Source: Azolla caroliniana
Lineage: Eukaryota; Plantae; Polypodiophyta
Direction of reading: 5' to 3'
DNA length: 64,000 nucleotides
NCBI GenBank assembly: GCA_043228905.1
Contig: JBHGNT010000012.1
Location: forward strand, 7,440,001 to 7,504,000
Positions 1 to 13,169 of the stretch are shown piece by piece. Numbering within the stretch: position 1 is the first letter of the stretch; every line of letters starts with the position of its first letter. Both the position numbers and the translations under genes were made by a program. The notes under the pieces are model-generated. The model had not been told where the DNA came from and made no database searches. It was given only the letters and a program-made list of their open reading frames with translations.

Positions 1-324
1 TGGCTATGGAGAACGTGAGCTTTGTGGTATGATGGAGAGGAAGGTGAGTGAGGGGAGCGATGAGAGCGATGAGAGTTAGAAGATTGGTTTTTGTACTGTG
101 CAGAAAACCTTCTATTTTCTTCTTTTTGTGGCCTAGGGTTCATTGGTCTGTGAGCCATCGTGGTGCCACGTGTTCTTGCTCTAGAAGTTTGTGCATGCAT
201 CAAGTCCTTTTAATAACGTCACTATCTTCCCTTTTTTTTTCTTTTTTTCTTTTTTTCTTTCTTTCTTTTGTAACGGTTACATACAATATTATTTTTACAT
301 TATAGTACAAGTAGGTCCCTCTAC

Positions 325-3300
325 TTACTCCGCGGATTCGCCGGCTTTGTCCTGACCGGCGGGGAACGGGTTAGGTGGCATAGGCCCCAGGTAGGGTTTT
401 AAGCGAAACCCATTCACCTTTTGTCGTAGCACCTCTCCGGCCAAGGTGCCAAGTTGAAACGTGTCGTTTTCCACTCCAACTATCCAGTACGGGCCTGCCC
501 AACGGAATCTTAATTTTCCTGGCATTTGCCCCATGCATGTTTGAAAAACTAATACCCCCTTCCCAACCGTAAAATCCTTTTCACACGCATGCTGATGTCG
601 GTCCACGAATGCTTTGCATCGCCATTGTTCTTGTTCCAATATGGCCATACTACATACCCGGGTTTCGCCTAGTTCTAACAGTTGTTGTCTAAGTCGTATT
701 TGTTTGGATTTGTCCTTTTGCAGCTAGTCTCGTACTTGAATCCGCAGACTGGGTACCTAAAATTCGACAGGCATGACGGCCTCCAGCCCAAATGCTAGCC
801 TGAAAGGCATCAATTGTATGCTGGTCTTATAGCTGGTTCGGTGTGGCCATAACGCGTTGTGCAATTTGGTATCCCAATCTGTTCTATTCTCATTGACTAT
901 CTTTTTGAGGATAGTTTGTAATGTTTTGTTCGTGGCTTCGGCCAAGATATTTGCTTGTGGGTAATATGGCGTACTCTTTTGTGGACCATGGCGTAGTGTT
1001 GGGTCAGTTCACTGATGACCATATTCAGAAAGTGACTCCCTTGGTCACTGATGACCTCAATAGGGCAGCCAAAACGACACTAGATATGTTCGTAAAGAAA
1101 TTTTGTCGTGACTGCCGCGGTATTTTCGCATAGTGCTTTCGCTTCTACCCACTTGGTGTAGTAATCCATAGCCACCAGGATATACTTATTGCCGGTTCGG
1201 GCAACCGCCGGTGTAAAGGGCCCCACAAAATCGAGCCCCCACTTCTGGAAAAGATCCAACGACAACACAGGTTGATGTGGCATTCTCGCGACTTCCGTGG
1301 GCTGGCCCATCCGTTGACATAAATCACACTGTTTGCAATATTCATACACATCCTTTTGCGTAGTCGGCCACCAAAGTCCTACTTGCCAGATTTTTCGGGC
1401 CGTAACATCGCCCGCATAATGTCCTCCCGCCGTACCACAGTGAGCTTCGCATAAAACCGCTGCTTTCTCATCTTGTCGTATTCCATGCCTCTAGATGCCG
1501 TCACTGCCTTTGTGATGTAGGACGTTTTCAACTAAACAGAAATTATGACTTTGGATGGACAACCGTTTTTTCTCGTCCGTCCTTAGTTGTGGTGGCAGTA
1601 ACCCCGTGGTCAGAAACTAGGTCATTTCTATCAACCACCGATCCGGAAAAGTCTTTTCTGTTCTTGATGCTAAAGTTGCTATGTGCACAATGTCCGCATC
1701 TGGAAAGTCGTCGTCATCTTTTTGCGCCATTTCTCCATTATCCAATCTACTCAAGAAATCCGCCACCGCGTGTTGCGTACTCGGTCGATGTTGAATTACA
1801 AAGTCGGATTCTTGGAGCAACAGCATCCATCTAGCCAGTTTTCTTATTAGGGCCTATTTCCCAACCAGATATAGCAATGTCGTATGATCCACATGAAACG
1901 TGAATTTTCGCCCTAGCAAATAATGCCGGAATTTATTGATGTTGTATATCATACCCAATGCTTCACGTTCCGTTGTGGAATAGTTATGCTCAGCCGTTGA
2001 TAGTTTTCGACTGGCATAGTACACTGGTCGGTACCAATTCGGCTCCGTGAGTTGCATCAACACACGACCTATTGTTATATCTGAGGCATCCACAAACACG
2101 TGAAATGCTTTCGCCCAATCTGGTGGATGTACGACCGGTGCCCGCGTTAGCATTATTTTTAGTGCATCATACGCCTTTTCTTCCGTTGTTGTCCATTTGA
2201 AAGGAGTACGATGGACGGCGGCATGTAATGGTGTGGCGAAATCCGCCAAATAGCGTATCATCCGACTGTGCCATCGTATTTGTCCCAAAAACCAATTGAG
2301 TGCGTTGGCATTTGTCGGCATCTTTGCATGAGTAATCGCGGAATTTTTTTTTGGATCGACCGCTATCCCCTCCTTACTGACTAGGTGGCCAAGGAGGGCT
2401 CCATTGGTGACGCCGAAGGCACATTTGGCGGGATTCAGGCTTAAGTGTGAAGTTCGGCAACGCTCCAGGCAAAGCTGTAGATGCGTAAAATGTTCGGTTG
2501 TTGTCCCATATACAGCAAAATCGTCTAAAAGACCTCCATGAAGGCGGGTATATATTCCCCAAAAATCTCTGTGATTGTCCGTTGAAATGTGGCCGGCGCC
2601 ATCTTTAGCCCGAACATCATGACGACCGTGACATAAACTCCCCAGTCCATGACAAACGTCGTCTTCTCTTGGTCGTCGGGGTGCATGCGTACTTGATTGT
2701 ACCCACTAAAGCCATCTAGAAAGTTGTACATGTCATGCCCTGTGATTGCATCCAGTATGATGTCGGTGAAAGTTAAAGGGAACACATCCGTAATGGTTAC
2801 GATGTTCCATTTCTAGTAGTCCACACACACATGTATTTTTCCATTTTTCTTTTGTACGACTACTATCGGGCTTAGCCATGTCGCTTGCTTGACTGGTTGA
2901 ATGAATCCGGCCTTGAGAAGTTTGTCAATTTCCTCTTTTACGCGAGCCGCGTAATTTGGATTCATGCGGTATCAACGTTGCTAGACTTGTTTCGCATTGG
3001 TCGCTAAATTGATCTTATTTTGATAGAACTTCGGATCTAATCCCTTCATGTCCTCGTGGGACCAAGCAAACACATCTTTATACTTCCTGAGCAATGCTAT
3101 CATCACCTCTCTCTGATCCAGTAGTAACTCTTTTGCGAAGGAGAGGAATCAGGGGTCTGATGTCGTACCTACATTAACTTCTTCTAGGGCTGAGGCAGCG
3201 ACTCGTCGTTAAATTTCCATTTCCTTCTTGAACGTCACCCATGCTCTGCTTAATTCTAATATGGACTTTGGGTCTGGTTCATAAGCCTCGTCGTGAAGCG

Positions 3301-3660
3301 TAGTAGGCGTGGCGTAATCCGCTGCGGTTTCTATTACGTTGATTTCGAATAGCGGAATGATTCGGGGGTGCTCGTCGAGGTATGCTTCTAATTCTGTATT
3401 ATCCACTCCATCCAGCATATTTATATCTTCTGCATATAACGGTGTTATCCCCTTGGGTTGTGCTGCCCTTTCCTCTGTGGGTACACAAACCTTGGTGCGT
3501 CCTCGTCAAAAACTGATGCACTTATGTTGCCAGCTCTGTTTGATATTCGCTGAACGAAGCCAAGGTCTACCAAGCAACATAGGATACGCTCCTGGGGCGT
3601 CCAAGGTGAGGACTACTGCCGAGATGTCAAAGCGATGTCTGTCAATGATGATGCCTAACT
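325..3660 (-). pseudogene. Gypsy pol pseudogene (PR end, RT, RNase H, integrase)
   Basis: ORF fragments with [64 protein letters not shown]; many stops and frameshifts. Confidence 0.9.
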
Positions 3661-4818
3661 TTCGGATTAAGCGGTCGTCGGTCGTACCTCGGTAGGCTCT
3701 TGGCTAATGTTGATTCTCAACCCAACCGTCTCTCGGCCATCACTTGGTTGTATTGTCAGCTGCGTCTCCCGGCCGTACTCTCGGCTCTCGGCCATGTGTC
3801 TTGGTCGTACTCTCAGCCACGTGTCTCGGCCGTGCATCTCGGTCATACTCTCAACCACCCATCTCAGCCGCATTCTCGGTCATGCGTCTCGGCCATATTC
3901 TCACGCGTCTAGTCCATGCTCTCGACTGCGCATCTCGGCCATGCTCTCCGGCCGCCGGCTATCACCGTGTGATCGGCTGTCTCTATCGGCCGACTGTCCG
4001 GCTGTTCTTGCAACCGTGGTCATCTCCTTCACCGTCGTATGTCGGCCGTCACCGTTTGTCGTCGCGTTTTGTCTGTCCGGCAGTTGGCTCTGTCCACTAG
4101 CTGTGTAGGTCTTTCTATGCTCGTCTCTTTCCTCGTCCTCCTCTTCTTGGTAGTCGGCTCTATGCTTGGTTGTGGTTCCTCACTCAAACCAAGGCCTTTT
4201 CTGATTCCTCAATCCTCAAAGAGGGCCCCAATAGCAAAAACCATAACCCCAATGTCCTTATAGTACGTTAGAATTGTTACTTCAAGCCACCCTCAAACAG
4301 AACCATATGAATGGGAGAAGAAGCACTTCTTAGAATGACATCTTTTGTTGAACGAACCAACCAAACACTACATTTTCCCTCCACCTCGAGCTTTTGAATC
4401 TTCTTGTCGTCTTATCAAATGTATCAATCTTAACTATGGTCTTCACATCAAAATATTAGGATTGCACCATTGATGTCGATGACCCCTTTCAACTCACCAT
4501 ACCATATCACATATTCTGGGTCTTTTTTGTTATATTCTTTTAGACGTTATACTTCGGCATCATCCCCATTGTCTGTCACTCGTTTTGCAAATCTGCAAAT
4601 ATAGTCAGAGAGAAGGACTTCTTCTCAAGGGAATAATGTTAATATCTCCATCACAGGCTCGCTCCCACACAAAGAGTCCATGCACAACACCATACTCTCT
4701 ACACAAACACTAACAAACATGTACAGAGAGGGAGAGATAGAGATCAATGATGGAGAGGGAGAGGGAGAGTGAGGGAGGGAGGGAGAGAATGACCTATTCT
4801 CAAGGGAGGTCGTCCATT

Positions 4819-4829
4819 CGGGCGTGCCA
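4819..4829 (-). promoter_or_regulatory. Primer binding site TGGCACGCCCG (tRNA-Arg-like)
   Basis: cgggcgtgcca on + strand, 4 nt inside the LTR end; same motif at 11265. Confidence 0.8.
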
Positions 4830-4833
4830 AAAG

Positions 4834-5301
4834 TGTTACCGATTAGGAACACTGTCTACGGTCAGTCCTTCGACCTAGACCTCAAGGTGACTGCGTTGCA
4901 AGGAATAGTACCATTGTACCGTAATACATAATGGGATACTTCCCCGTATCCTAGTAGCGTATAAGGGAGACGACTACAACCGAACTCCTTAGGAAGTGCA
5001 CTTAGTATCCGCACTTACACCTACACCTTTACGATTACAATTTGCTACAGAGAACAAAGAACACAGTAGATAAAACCACAGATATGCACAAAAATCAGAG
5101 AAGATGGTATTCTATTAGAATAACGCTCTATGCACCAAAATTACATGCTACCTCTTACAGAGGATTTTTTCCCTTTATATATACAGGGTCTTTTAGCCGT
5201 TCATGCTTCCCGTGTGAACCGTTACATGCGTTTCTTACGCTTTTACTATATTATAATATTTCTGCGCTTCTGTCCGTCGGTTACTATTCCGGTGGACAAC
5301 A
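4834..5301 (-). repeat. 5' LTR of family A copy 1
   Basis: Element-strand termini TGTTGTCCA...GGTAACA resemble the 10763 LTR termini; TATA-like tatataaa; flanked by PBS. Confidence 0.8.
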
Positions 5302-6514
5302 CCTCCATGGCGATTTGGAAGAAGAGATTTACATGGATCAACCCGAAGGGTTTGGAGTCAAAGGTAAGGAAAACCTGGTATGCAAGTTAAAGAAGAGCTT
5401 GTACGACCTAAAACAAGCTCCTAGATTTTGGTACAAAAAGTTTGACTCCTTTATGTTGAACCATGGGTATAATAGAACAAACACAGACCATTGTGTGTTT
5501 GTTAAGAAATTCCCAAATGTGAATTTTGTCATTTTGCTCTTGTATGTTGATGATATGTTGATCGTTGGTCAAGACACCAACAAGATTGAGAAGCCGAAAA
5601 AGGAACTCAACAAATCTTTTGCCATGAAAGACTTGGGACCAGCCAAGCAAATCCTTGGGATGAAGATAACCAAGGATAGGGCAAGCAAAAGACTTTGGTT
5701 GTCTCAAGAAAAGTACATTGAGAAGGTACTTGAGAGATTCAACATGGCTAAGAGTAAGCCGGTCAACACTCCACTCATGGGCCACTTTAAACTTAGCTCA
5801 GTTCAATGCCCTACGAGTGATGAAGAGCAAGAAGGAATGAAACAAATACAATATGCCTCTGCAGTCGGTAGTTTAATGTATGCTATGGTATGCACGAGGC
5901 CGAACATTGCTCACACAGTTGGTGTAGTGAGCCATTTTCTCTCGAACCCTAGAAAAGATCATTGGGAAGTAGTGAAATGGATCCTGCGATATCTGAGGGG
6001 CACCTCAAGAGTCTGTCTAAAATTTGGTGAGAACCAAACTATATTAGATGGATATACAGATGTCGATATGGCTAGTGATGTTGACTCTAGAAAGTCTACA
6101 TCTGGTTACCTAATGATCTTTGCAGGGGGAGCGGTCTCTTGGCAATCGAGATTGCAAAAATGTGTGGCATTATCCACAACGGAGGCCGAGTAAATTGCTG
6201 CCACAAAAGCTAGTAAGGCATTGTAATGGCTAAAGAAATTCCTACAAGAGTTGGGGCTAACCCAAGAAAGGTACATTTTGTATTGTGATAGCCAAAGTGC
6301 TATCCACTTAAGCAAGAATGCTTCCTTTCACTCTAAGTCAAAGCACATTGATGTTAGATACCATTGGATTAGAGATGTGCTTGAAGAAAAGAAAATGCAC
6401 ATTGAGAAGATACATACCAATGAGAATGGCTCCGACATGATGACTAAAAGTTTGTCAAGGGAGAAGCTTAAAGTTTTCAAGCAAAAGGCAAACTTGGTTG
6501 TGCCCCCCACTTGA
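5302..6514 (+). pseudogene. Copia RT/RNase H with premature stops
   Basis: ORFs 5042..6193 (Copia part starts at 5302) and 6251..6514. Confidence 0.9.
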
Positions 6515-7444
6515 GACGGAGGGGGAGAATTGTTGGGGCTTGTCCACTCAAGTGGAGCCCACAACATTGAGTCAGCTGAACGTCGAATAGGTTTAAGTCA
6601 AGTTATAATTAGTTGTATTTATAGTTATATATATGTATGTATGTATGTATGCCTTTTTTCTTTTTGTATGTTTTTTGGGTGTGTGTCTTTTGTGTGTGTC
6701 TGTGTATGTGTGTGTGAACACAGATATAAACGTTGGACTACAAGAAGACAATAAGAGAAAAACAAAAAAAGAAAAAGAGAGACAGTGTGACCTGATTTTC
6801 TGAGAGTAAACAGAGAGCAAAAACAGAAAACTGTGGGAAGAATAGAAAAGAGAGAGAGAGAAATAGAAAACGAAAGAGCGAGCAAGAAGTAGAGTGAACT
6901 ACTATCACAGATACAGAGACCTGCGAGGGGTTGTTCCTGCTATCAAAGAACCAGGATTCAACAACACATGTCTTGTCTACTTGTTTCAGGTTTCTTCGTT
7001 TTATGCTTTTCTAGTTTCCGTTTTCTTTGGTTTTCTATCCACCCAGTTGGGCGAGGAATTATAATCTGGGCCATTGTTGTATCCACCCAATCGAGAGAAG
7101 ATTGTAGCCAAGGCTGTTGCCTTGAGGCTAGGACATTTCTCTAGTCAAAACCTAGAAATTTTGTACGCAGCTTGTAATCCTTGTTATTCTATCCACCCGA
7201 TTGGGTGAAGGTTATAACCAAGGCCATTGCCTTGAGGTAGATACACCCCCCTAGTGAGGTCGTATTCCGTTGTACTCAAAGATATAGTGAAGTTGTTTGG
7301 AACCTACGGTTCCCATGGTTTTTCCCTATTTTAGGTTTTCCACGTTAAAATTTTGGTGTACTCTCATTTCCGTCTTGTGGTTTCATCAAGTGTTAATGGT
7401 GTTGGAAGTTTAAATAATCTTGATTCAGATCCATATTCCCAACA
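5302..7444 (+). mobile_element. Ty1/Copia (Tork/Tnt1-like) 3' half: RT-RNase H, PPT, 3' LTR 6531-7444
   Basis: LHGDLEEEIYM, LLYVDDMLI, SKHIDVRYHW motifs; PPT gagggggagaat then tgttgggg...cccaaca. Confidence 0.9.
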
Positions 7445-9405
7445 TGGTGCCCCCCAATGGGATCACTAACACTTCCTAAGGTTTAAACTTTAAGGTTTAA
7501 GGTTTAATACTACTTACTACAAGGAAGATTAGTGGAAGTGATTAAGGTTCACATACATTGATCGACCGACTGCCATATTGAAGTGTTCATGCAGCCGAGC
7601 AGCTTCTTGTAGGTGTTCATTTTTTGTGAATAGGAAGCACAGTAGAGAGGGAAGCCATGAAGAGAATTAAAGAGACGGGAATAAAAGCAAAGGAAAATAG
7701 AGGGGGATGAAAACAGGGAGGTAAAAAGAAAAGAGCCTTAAAAATTTTGTCATATTTTCAGTAATTTACTTTTATAATCTAACAAAAGTATTGGGGCTTG
7801 TCCATTATAGTCTTTGACTCTTTAGCAAGCAAAAACTTGACATATGTTGTTTGTTGGAAATAATAATAATAATCCTTTGTCTTCACCTTATAAGATGTTG
7901 TCGATGATGAGGGTCACTTTGTGAATACATGGGGTGGGGCCCATGATAGGAGGTTGAGAGACGATCATTGGTGACTGGCATCACGTCTCGTCCATAATGT
8001 GTATCATGGTGTGAGCGTCGAGTGATTGCCTTTATGCATAGGCAACATGATATCAAGTTCCGAGGAAAGGAATAGATAACATTAGGTCACATGGTTTTAG
8101 CACCCATAATCATGTTAGAGGATGCCAATGGTCGTTGGCTCTCGGAGAACTTTCTTGGCGAATGGTGGTTTAAGCATGTGTACTTGTAGGAGTGACCAGT
8201 GAATTAAGCATGTACTTGCCAACGGTTTGGGATTGCATCACTACCCATGTTGAGGTGGGGAGCCAAAGTTGTCGCCCCCTCCATTGAGCCACCCGGCTTG
8301 ACTTTTTGTGGGAAGCGGCCCTATCCATAGGTAAACCCTCTACCAAAAGTTGAAACATGAGATACTTTGACCCACTACCAATCATGCACTTTCTTGCATC
8401 ACATTAAACATGCTTTGCCAAATATGATTTAGTTACCACAGTTGTCGTGATGTGGGGAGCTCATGAGAGGAAATGCATCAAACTCATGATATTTGAAAGG
8501 TTGAAGGATAAGGGACATGCTCATATCATGCTTAGAGAGGTAAGTCTTGGAGAATGGAAAGATGGGAAGTGAGAAAGCATAGGAGCATTAGTTGCCACTA
8601 TGATGATTTAGGGGAATCCGATAGCAAAGATAAGGGTATGACACATTTATATCATATGATGGGTTATGCTTGAGGAAGGATGATCAAAAGGCTATGACAA
8701 GGATTTTGTGAATTGAGAAATATGCAAAGAGAGTTGGTGGATTAGATGGTCACCATGGTTCTTGTTAAGCATATGACACGCAACACACCGGTAGTGAAGA
8801 AGAGGGCATCAACAAGGAACATTGAGCGACTAATAAAGTCTACAAAAAGGGGAGTAGGACTATCCAAATATGGGGAAAGGCAACCCAATGGGCAACCTAG
8901 TGTAAAATGACCACACCCATGAAGTAAAAGCTATAAACGCCACCTTGTGGTGTCTTTTAAGCTTCTTCTCAATCTTAAGCATCTCATACTAATTAAAGCT
9001 TTAAGCCTCCTCTCTATCTCCATCTTTGCAATTAAGAGCTCAAGAGAGATTAATGATAGTGTTTAGTGAATAAGTGCTAAATTTGTCTCTCTTGTTGGTG
9101 TTAGACCTCTTTGCAATGAACAGTAGCAACGTTCAATAAGTGAAAGGATGACAAGACAGAACTCGACAAAGCAAAGTCTGACAAGACAAAGCTCGACAAA
9201 TGAAAGGCCGACTATTGAAAACTTGACTGTAAGTGAAAAGTTGACAAAGCAAAACTCGATGAGCGAAATGTCGACGAAGTATATGCACATATACTTATCT
9301 TTTTAAGGCTCCTAGTGTGAGCAAAACACCGATAATAATGTGGGTCGATTCACATTTCCTTCATTTGAACCCATCAAAGTCCACAAATTTTCATGGTACA
9401 AATAT

Positions 9406-9466
9406 TAGGATTTGAACCCTTGACCTCATTGTATTTAGGGTACGTTCTTGCCAATTGAGCTATGTC
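9406..9466 (-). other. tRNA-derived (SINE-head-like) Pol III A/B box segment
   Basis: Minus strand TAGCTCAATTGG (A box) ... GGTTCAAATCC (B box) at tRNA-like spacing; no clean cloverleaf. Confidence 0.55.
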
Positions 9467-9489
9467 ATTTAATTTGTTTGAGGTTTCTA

Positions 9490-10674
9490 ATACTTTCTCT
9501 CTATTCTTTAATCTTTCAAACATACTAAGGGTATCCTAAGTTTTGATCCATTTCCCCTCGTGAGCTCCTCACATCACAACATCCACCCCCACTGAAATTG
9601 CACACATTTGGTATGTACGAAATGTGGTATAGGAGGGTTTGCCATGATGTGAGGTTTTTAATACTTTCTCCCTATGCTTTAACCTTTCAAACATCCTAAG
9701 GGTATCCTAAGTTTTGATCCATTTCCCCTCGTGAGCTCCTCACATCACAACATCCACCCCCACTGAAATTGCACACATTTGGTATGTACGAAATGTGGTA
9801 TAGGAGGGTTTGCCATGATGTGAGGTTTTTAATACTTTCTCCCTATGCTTTAACCTTTCAAACATCCTAAGGGTATCCTAAGTTTTGATCCATTTCCCCT
9901 CGTGAGCTCCTCACATCACAACATCTACCCCCACTGAAATTGCACACATTTGGTATGTACGAAATGTGGTATAGGAGGGTCTGCCATGATGTGAGGTTTT
10001 TAATACTTTCTCCCTATGCTTTAACCTTTCAAACATCCTAAGGGTATCCTAAGTTTTGATCCATTTCCCCTCGTGAGCTCCTCACATCACAACATCCACC
10101 CCCACTAAAATTGCACACATTTGGTATGTACGAAATGTGGTATAAGAGGGTCTGCCATGATGTGAGGTTTTTAATACTTTCTCCCTATGCTTTAACCTTT
10201 CAAACATCCTAAGGGTATCCTAAGTTTTGATCCATTTCCCCTCGTGAGCTCCTCACATCACAACATCCACCCCCACTAAAATTGCACACATTTGGTATGT
10301 ACGAAATGTGGTATAAGAGGGTCTGCCATGATGTGAGGTTTTTAATACTTTCTCCCTATGCTTTAACCTTTCAAACATCCTAAGGGTATCCTAAGTTTTG
10401 ATCCATTTCCCCTCGTGAGCTCCTCACATCACAACATCCACCCCCACTAAAATTGCACACATTTGGTATGTACGAAATGTGGTATAAGAGGGTCTGCCAT
10501 GATGTGAGGTTTTTAATACTTTCTCCCTATGCTTTAACCTTTCAAACATCCTAAGGGTATCCTAAGTTTTGATCCATTTCCCCTCGTGAGCTCCTCACAT
10601 CACAACATCCACCCCCGCCGAAATTGCACGCATTTGCTATGTACAAAATGTGGTATAGGAGGGTCTGCCATGAT
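9490..10674. repeat. Tandem satellite, ~7 copies of a 171-bp unit
   Basis: Unit starts at 9490, 9661, 9832, 10003, 10174, 10345, 10516; near-identical copies. Confidence 0.97.
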
Positions 10675-10762
10675 GGGAACCCTTGCCCTCTATAATACCT
10701 TAGCAATTATATATTGGAATTCATATGATCAAGTATATGTGCTATAGTGTCAATCCTTCTCT

Positions 10763-11259
10763 TGTTGTCCATAGGCCAAAAATATAAATATATTATGTAA
10801 ACTCGCCGTTAGGTAGAAGAGTAGGTGAGGAAATAGGTAAGACTAGAAATACTCGTGTTTTAGCCCTCACAATCAGCCGATGGCTCGGCTCTATCTGAAG
10901 GGGAAAACTATATAACCCGAGTTATGCATACCTCAAGGGGGGATTATCTAGATCAGTCTTAGCGAGCGTATTATCCTAGCAGCAAGCTCTGTACGAACTA
11001 TTTCTGGCTGAGAGCCGAGTACTGTAATCGTTGTGAGCTTCATCATTTAATATAAGTTTTGTTTTTTCTAATCTTCTATCTGTGTATTCTCCCCGTACTC
11101 ATAAATCGAGCTACGTTTATGCCTAACAGGTTGTAGCCCGTGTACGCTCCCCGTTCTCCTTAATTTTTCCCCGTGTAGAAGAGGCTTCCACGTAACACGA
11201 TCCCTTGACACCAATAGCCTGTGGGCTCATCGAAGGTGTTTCCCCAGAAACAGTTAACA
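10763..11259 (+). repeat. 5' LTR
   Basis: Direct repeat of 18588-19097; ctatataa near 10908 on +. Confidence 0.95.
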
Positions 11260-11264
11260 CAATT

Positions 11265-11275
11265 TGGCACGCCCG
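11265..11275 (+). promoter_or_regulatory. PBS TGGCACGCCCG (tRNA-Arg-like)
   Basis: 5 nt after the LTR-terminal CA. Confidence 0.8.
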
Positions 11276-11582
11276 ATTACAGTTGTAAGGTCACAGCGAA
11301 CTACGTTGGACGCAAAACTCCAGCCGCCATTACGGCGCCCAATCGCATCACGCGGTCTCGGCCACCTACCCGACGCCCTGAGCCACTTGAAGGAACTTTT
11401 GACTCGGTAGTTACTGACCAATCGTTCCAGGAAGTATCGGAGGCTCACCGGTTGCAATCCTCGCCACCCGATACCCAGTCGCGAGTTGATTATGCACCAA
11501 CCTCCCCACCGAGCCCTCCAGAGGTCACCCAACCTGACCCTAACCCTTTTCTGGCTTTACCCGAGGACCCGGATCTCGATAC

Positions 11583-13147
11583 CATGCCTTATCCTTACCC
11601 ACGGTATACCGACAGCCCCGACGCGGAATCACACACCCGGGCATTCGTGTCCACATGGCAGGCCAACCACTCAACGCAGCAGTTATCGGCTGCCGAAATC
11701 GAAGCCTCCAAACTCACGGAATTTGCTTTATCCCTCAATGGCCCAGATGCTCGATGGTACTCCCGCCTTGACATGGGAGAGGTCACAACATTCCAGGACG
11801 TCCGGACAAAGTTCCTACAATTATTTCACCGCCAAGTTCCGAAGCGGGAACTACTCTGGCAATTCTTTTCCATGAGCCAAGAACCTCACGAGACAGTCGC
11901 CCAGTTCACGATCTGGTTTCAGGATCTCTACCGACAACTGGCCGACGATGTCTCCGCTCATCACATTCCGGATACCTTCTTGTCTAGCCTACGAGAGCCT
12001 CTATGAACAACTCTCACACTTACAGGTTTCTCCAACCAGACTATCGAGCAAGTCATCGCACGCGTCCTTGCAATCGATCGGACACAGCATACCACGGGCT
12101 CTTTGCAAAACTCCCTTCCTCAGGAGGACAATCGTTTCCAACAAGCCCTTCAAGGCACGGCCTGCTCAAGCTCAGGCCATATGGCTCTTGAGTGCCCTCC
12201 CCGGCCACACTGCCCCATATGTTAGTCCCGAGCTCACACGATCGCACAATGTGAGTATCAACATGCTCAACCGCACAATGACGGCTCCGGTTCGCCAGAT
12301 CGAGTTGCACAATACATACTCCCGGCAGGATGAACGTCAGTCATACCGACATTGGGCAAACGAGCGACCCCGATCCCCGGATCGCCAGTGCTGTGACAAC
12401 GACTATCGTCGCGACGACAATCGCAGGAGATCAGATGACCGTGACCAATACCACGATGACCAATATAGAGTGAATGATGAGTAGGATCGGTATGATGACG
12501 ACCGGGAGGACCAGTACGATCAGCGGTATGCACGAAACGATCGACGAAACTCTTATAGAGGACCGCGAAACAATCGACGTCAGAACGACAATCATCGTCG
12601 GGACCCCCTTCCAAACGCCCCGCACACCGCGCCACGGGCCAACACGCCTACCCAAGCGGCCGGGAACCAATCACAACCCTTCCCACACACTAAGCACAGT
12701 GACACCAGCAACTCGACATCCATTATCTGCTTTAAGTGTAACCAACCCGGCCACTATGCTACCCAATGCCCAACCACGGATCGCGGCAAGGCTCCGACTG
12801 TGAATACTATTATGGCCGACGTCCAACACGTCACTACACGTAGCAAGACCCACACCAACCAATGGCAAGAACAAGATGACGTCCGACAAGCAGCCAAGGA
12901 ATGGATTGAGACTGCCAATAAAAGCAACGTGGCACGGATGCACACAGAGATGCAGGACGTGACCATCGACGCACCACCGGTCACAGGACCATCCGCCACG
13001 GTAGAAGATGACCATCTATGGGAAGCCCTTACAAGCGCTAGGATCTCGCTACCATTACATAAGTTGTTACCTCTCATGCCGCACTTTCGGGATACCTTGG
13101 CTAACTCAAGGCTAACGACAAATCGGTCGTACCCCCTGTTAACCTGA
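11583..13147 (+). pseudogene. gag (capsid + zinc knuckles), disrupted
   Basis: Retrotrans_gag-like ARWY...QEPHETVAQF; CFKCNQPGHYATQC knuckle near 12727; stops and frameshifts. Confidence 0.8.
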
Positions 13148-13169
13148 CGAAGCCAGGGACAGGCCCACC

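Larger units (their letters stand above)
1..5301 (-). mobile_element. Ty3/Gypsy non-chromovirus (Athila/OTA-like, 'family A') copy 1; 3' end outside window
   Basis: Degenerate PR-RT-RH-IN on minus strand, 5' LTR 4834-5301 (TG..CA), PBS TGGCACGCCCG; peptides closely match the element at 10763-19097. Inserted into a Copia RT at the LHGDL motif. Confidence 0.85.

Noticed and set aside
5042-5301. N-terminus of the 383-aa ORF
   Set aside because: Lies in the Gypsy LTR; chance read-through into the Copia RT
7445-7465. tggtgcccccc after the Copia LTR as a PBS
   Set aside because: That LTR is preceded by PPT and RH (a 3' LTR), and I could not match the motif to a tRNA
7880-9330. Possible old retroelement relic
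   Set aside because: Too decayed; no confident motif or boundary
9406-9466. Functional tRNA gene
   Set aside because: A/B boxes are present but acceptor and anticodon stems do not pair convincingly
9490-10674. CRISPR-like array
   Set aside because: Units are entirely repeated with no unique spacers; eukaryotic context and no cas genes
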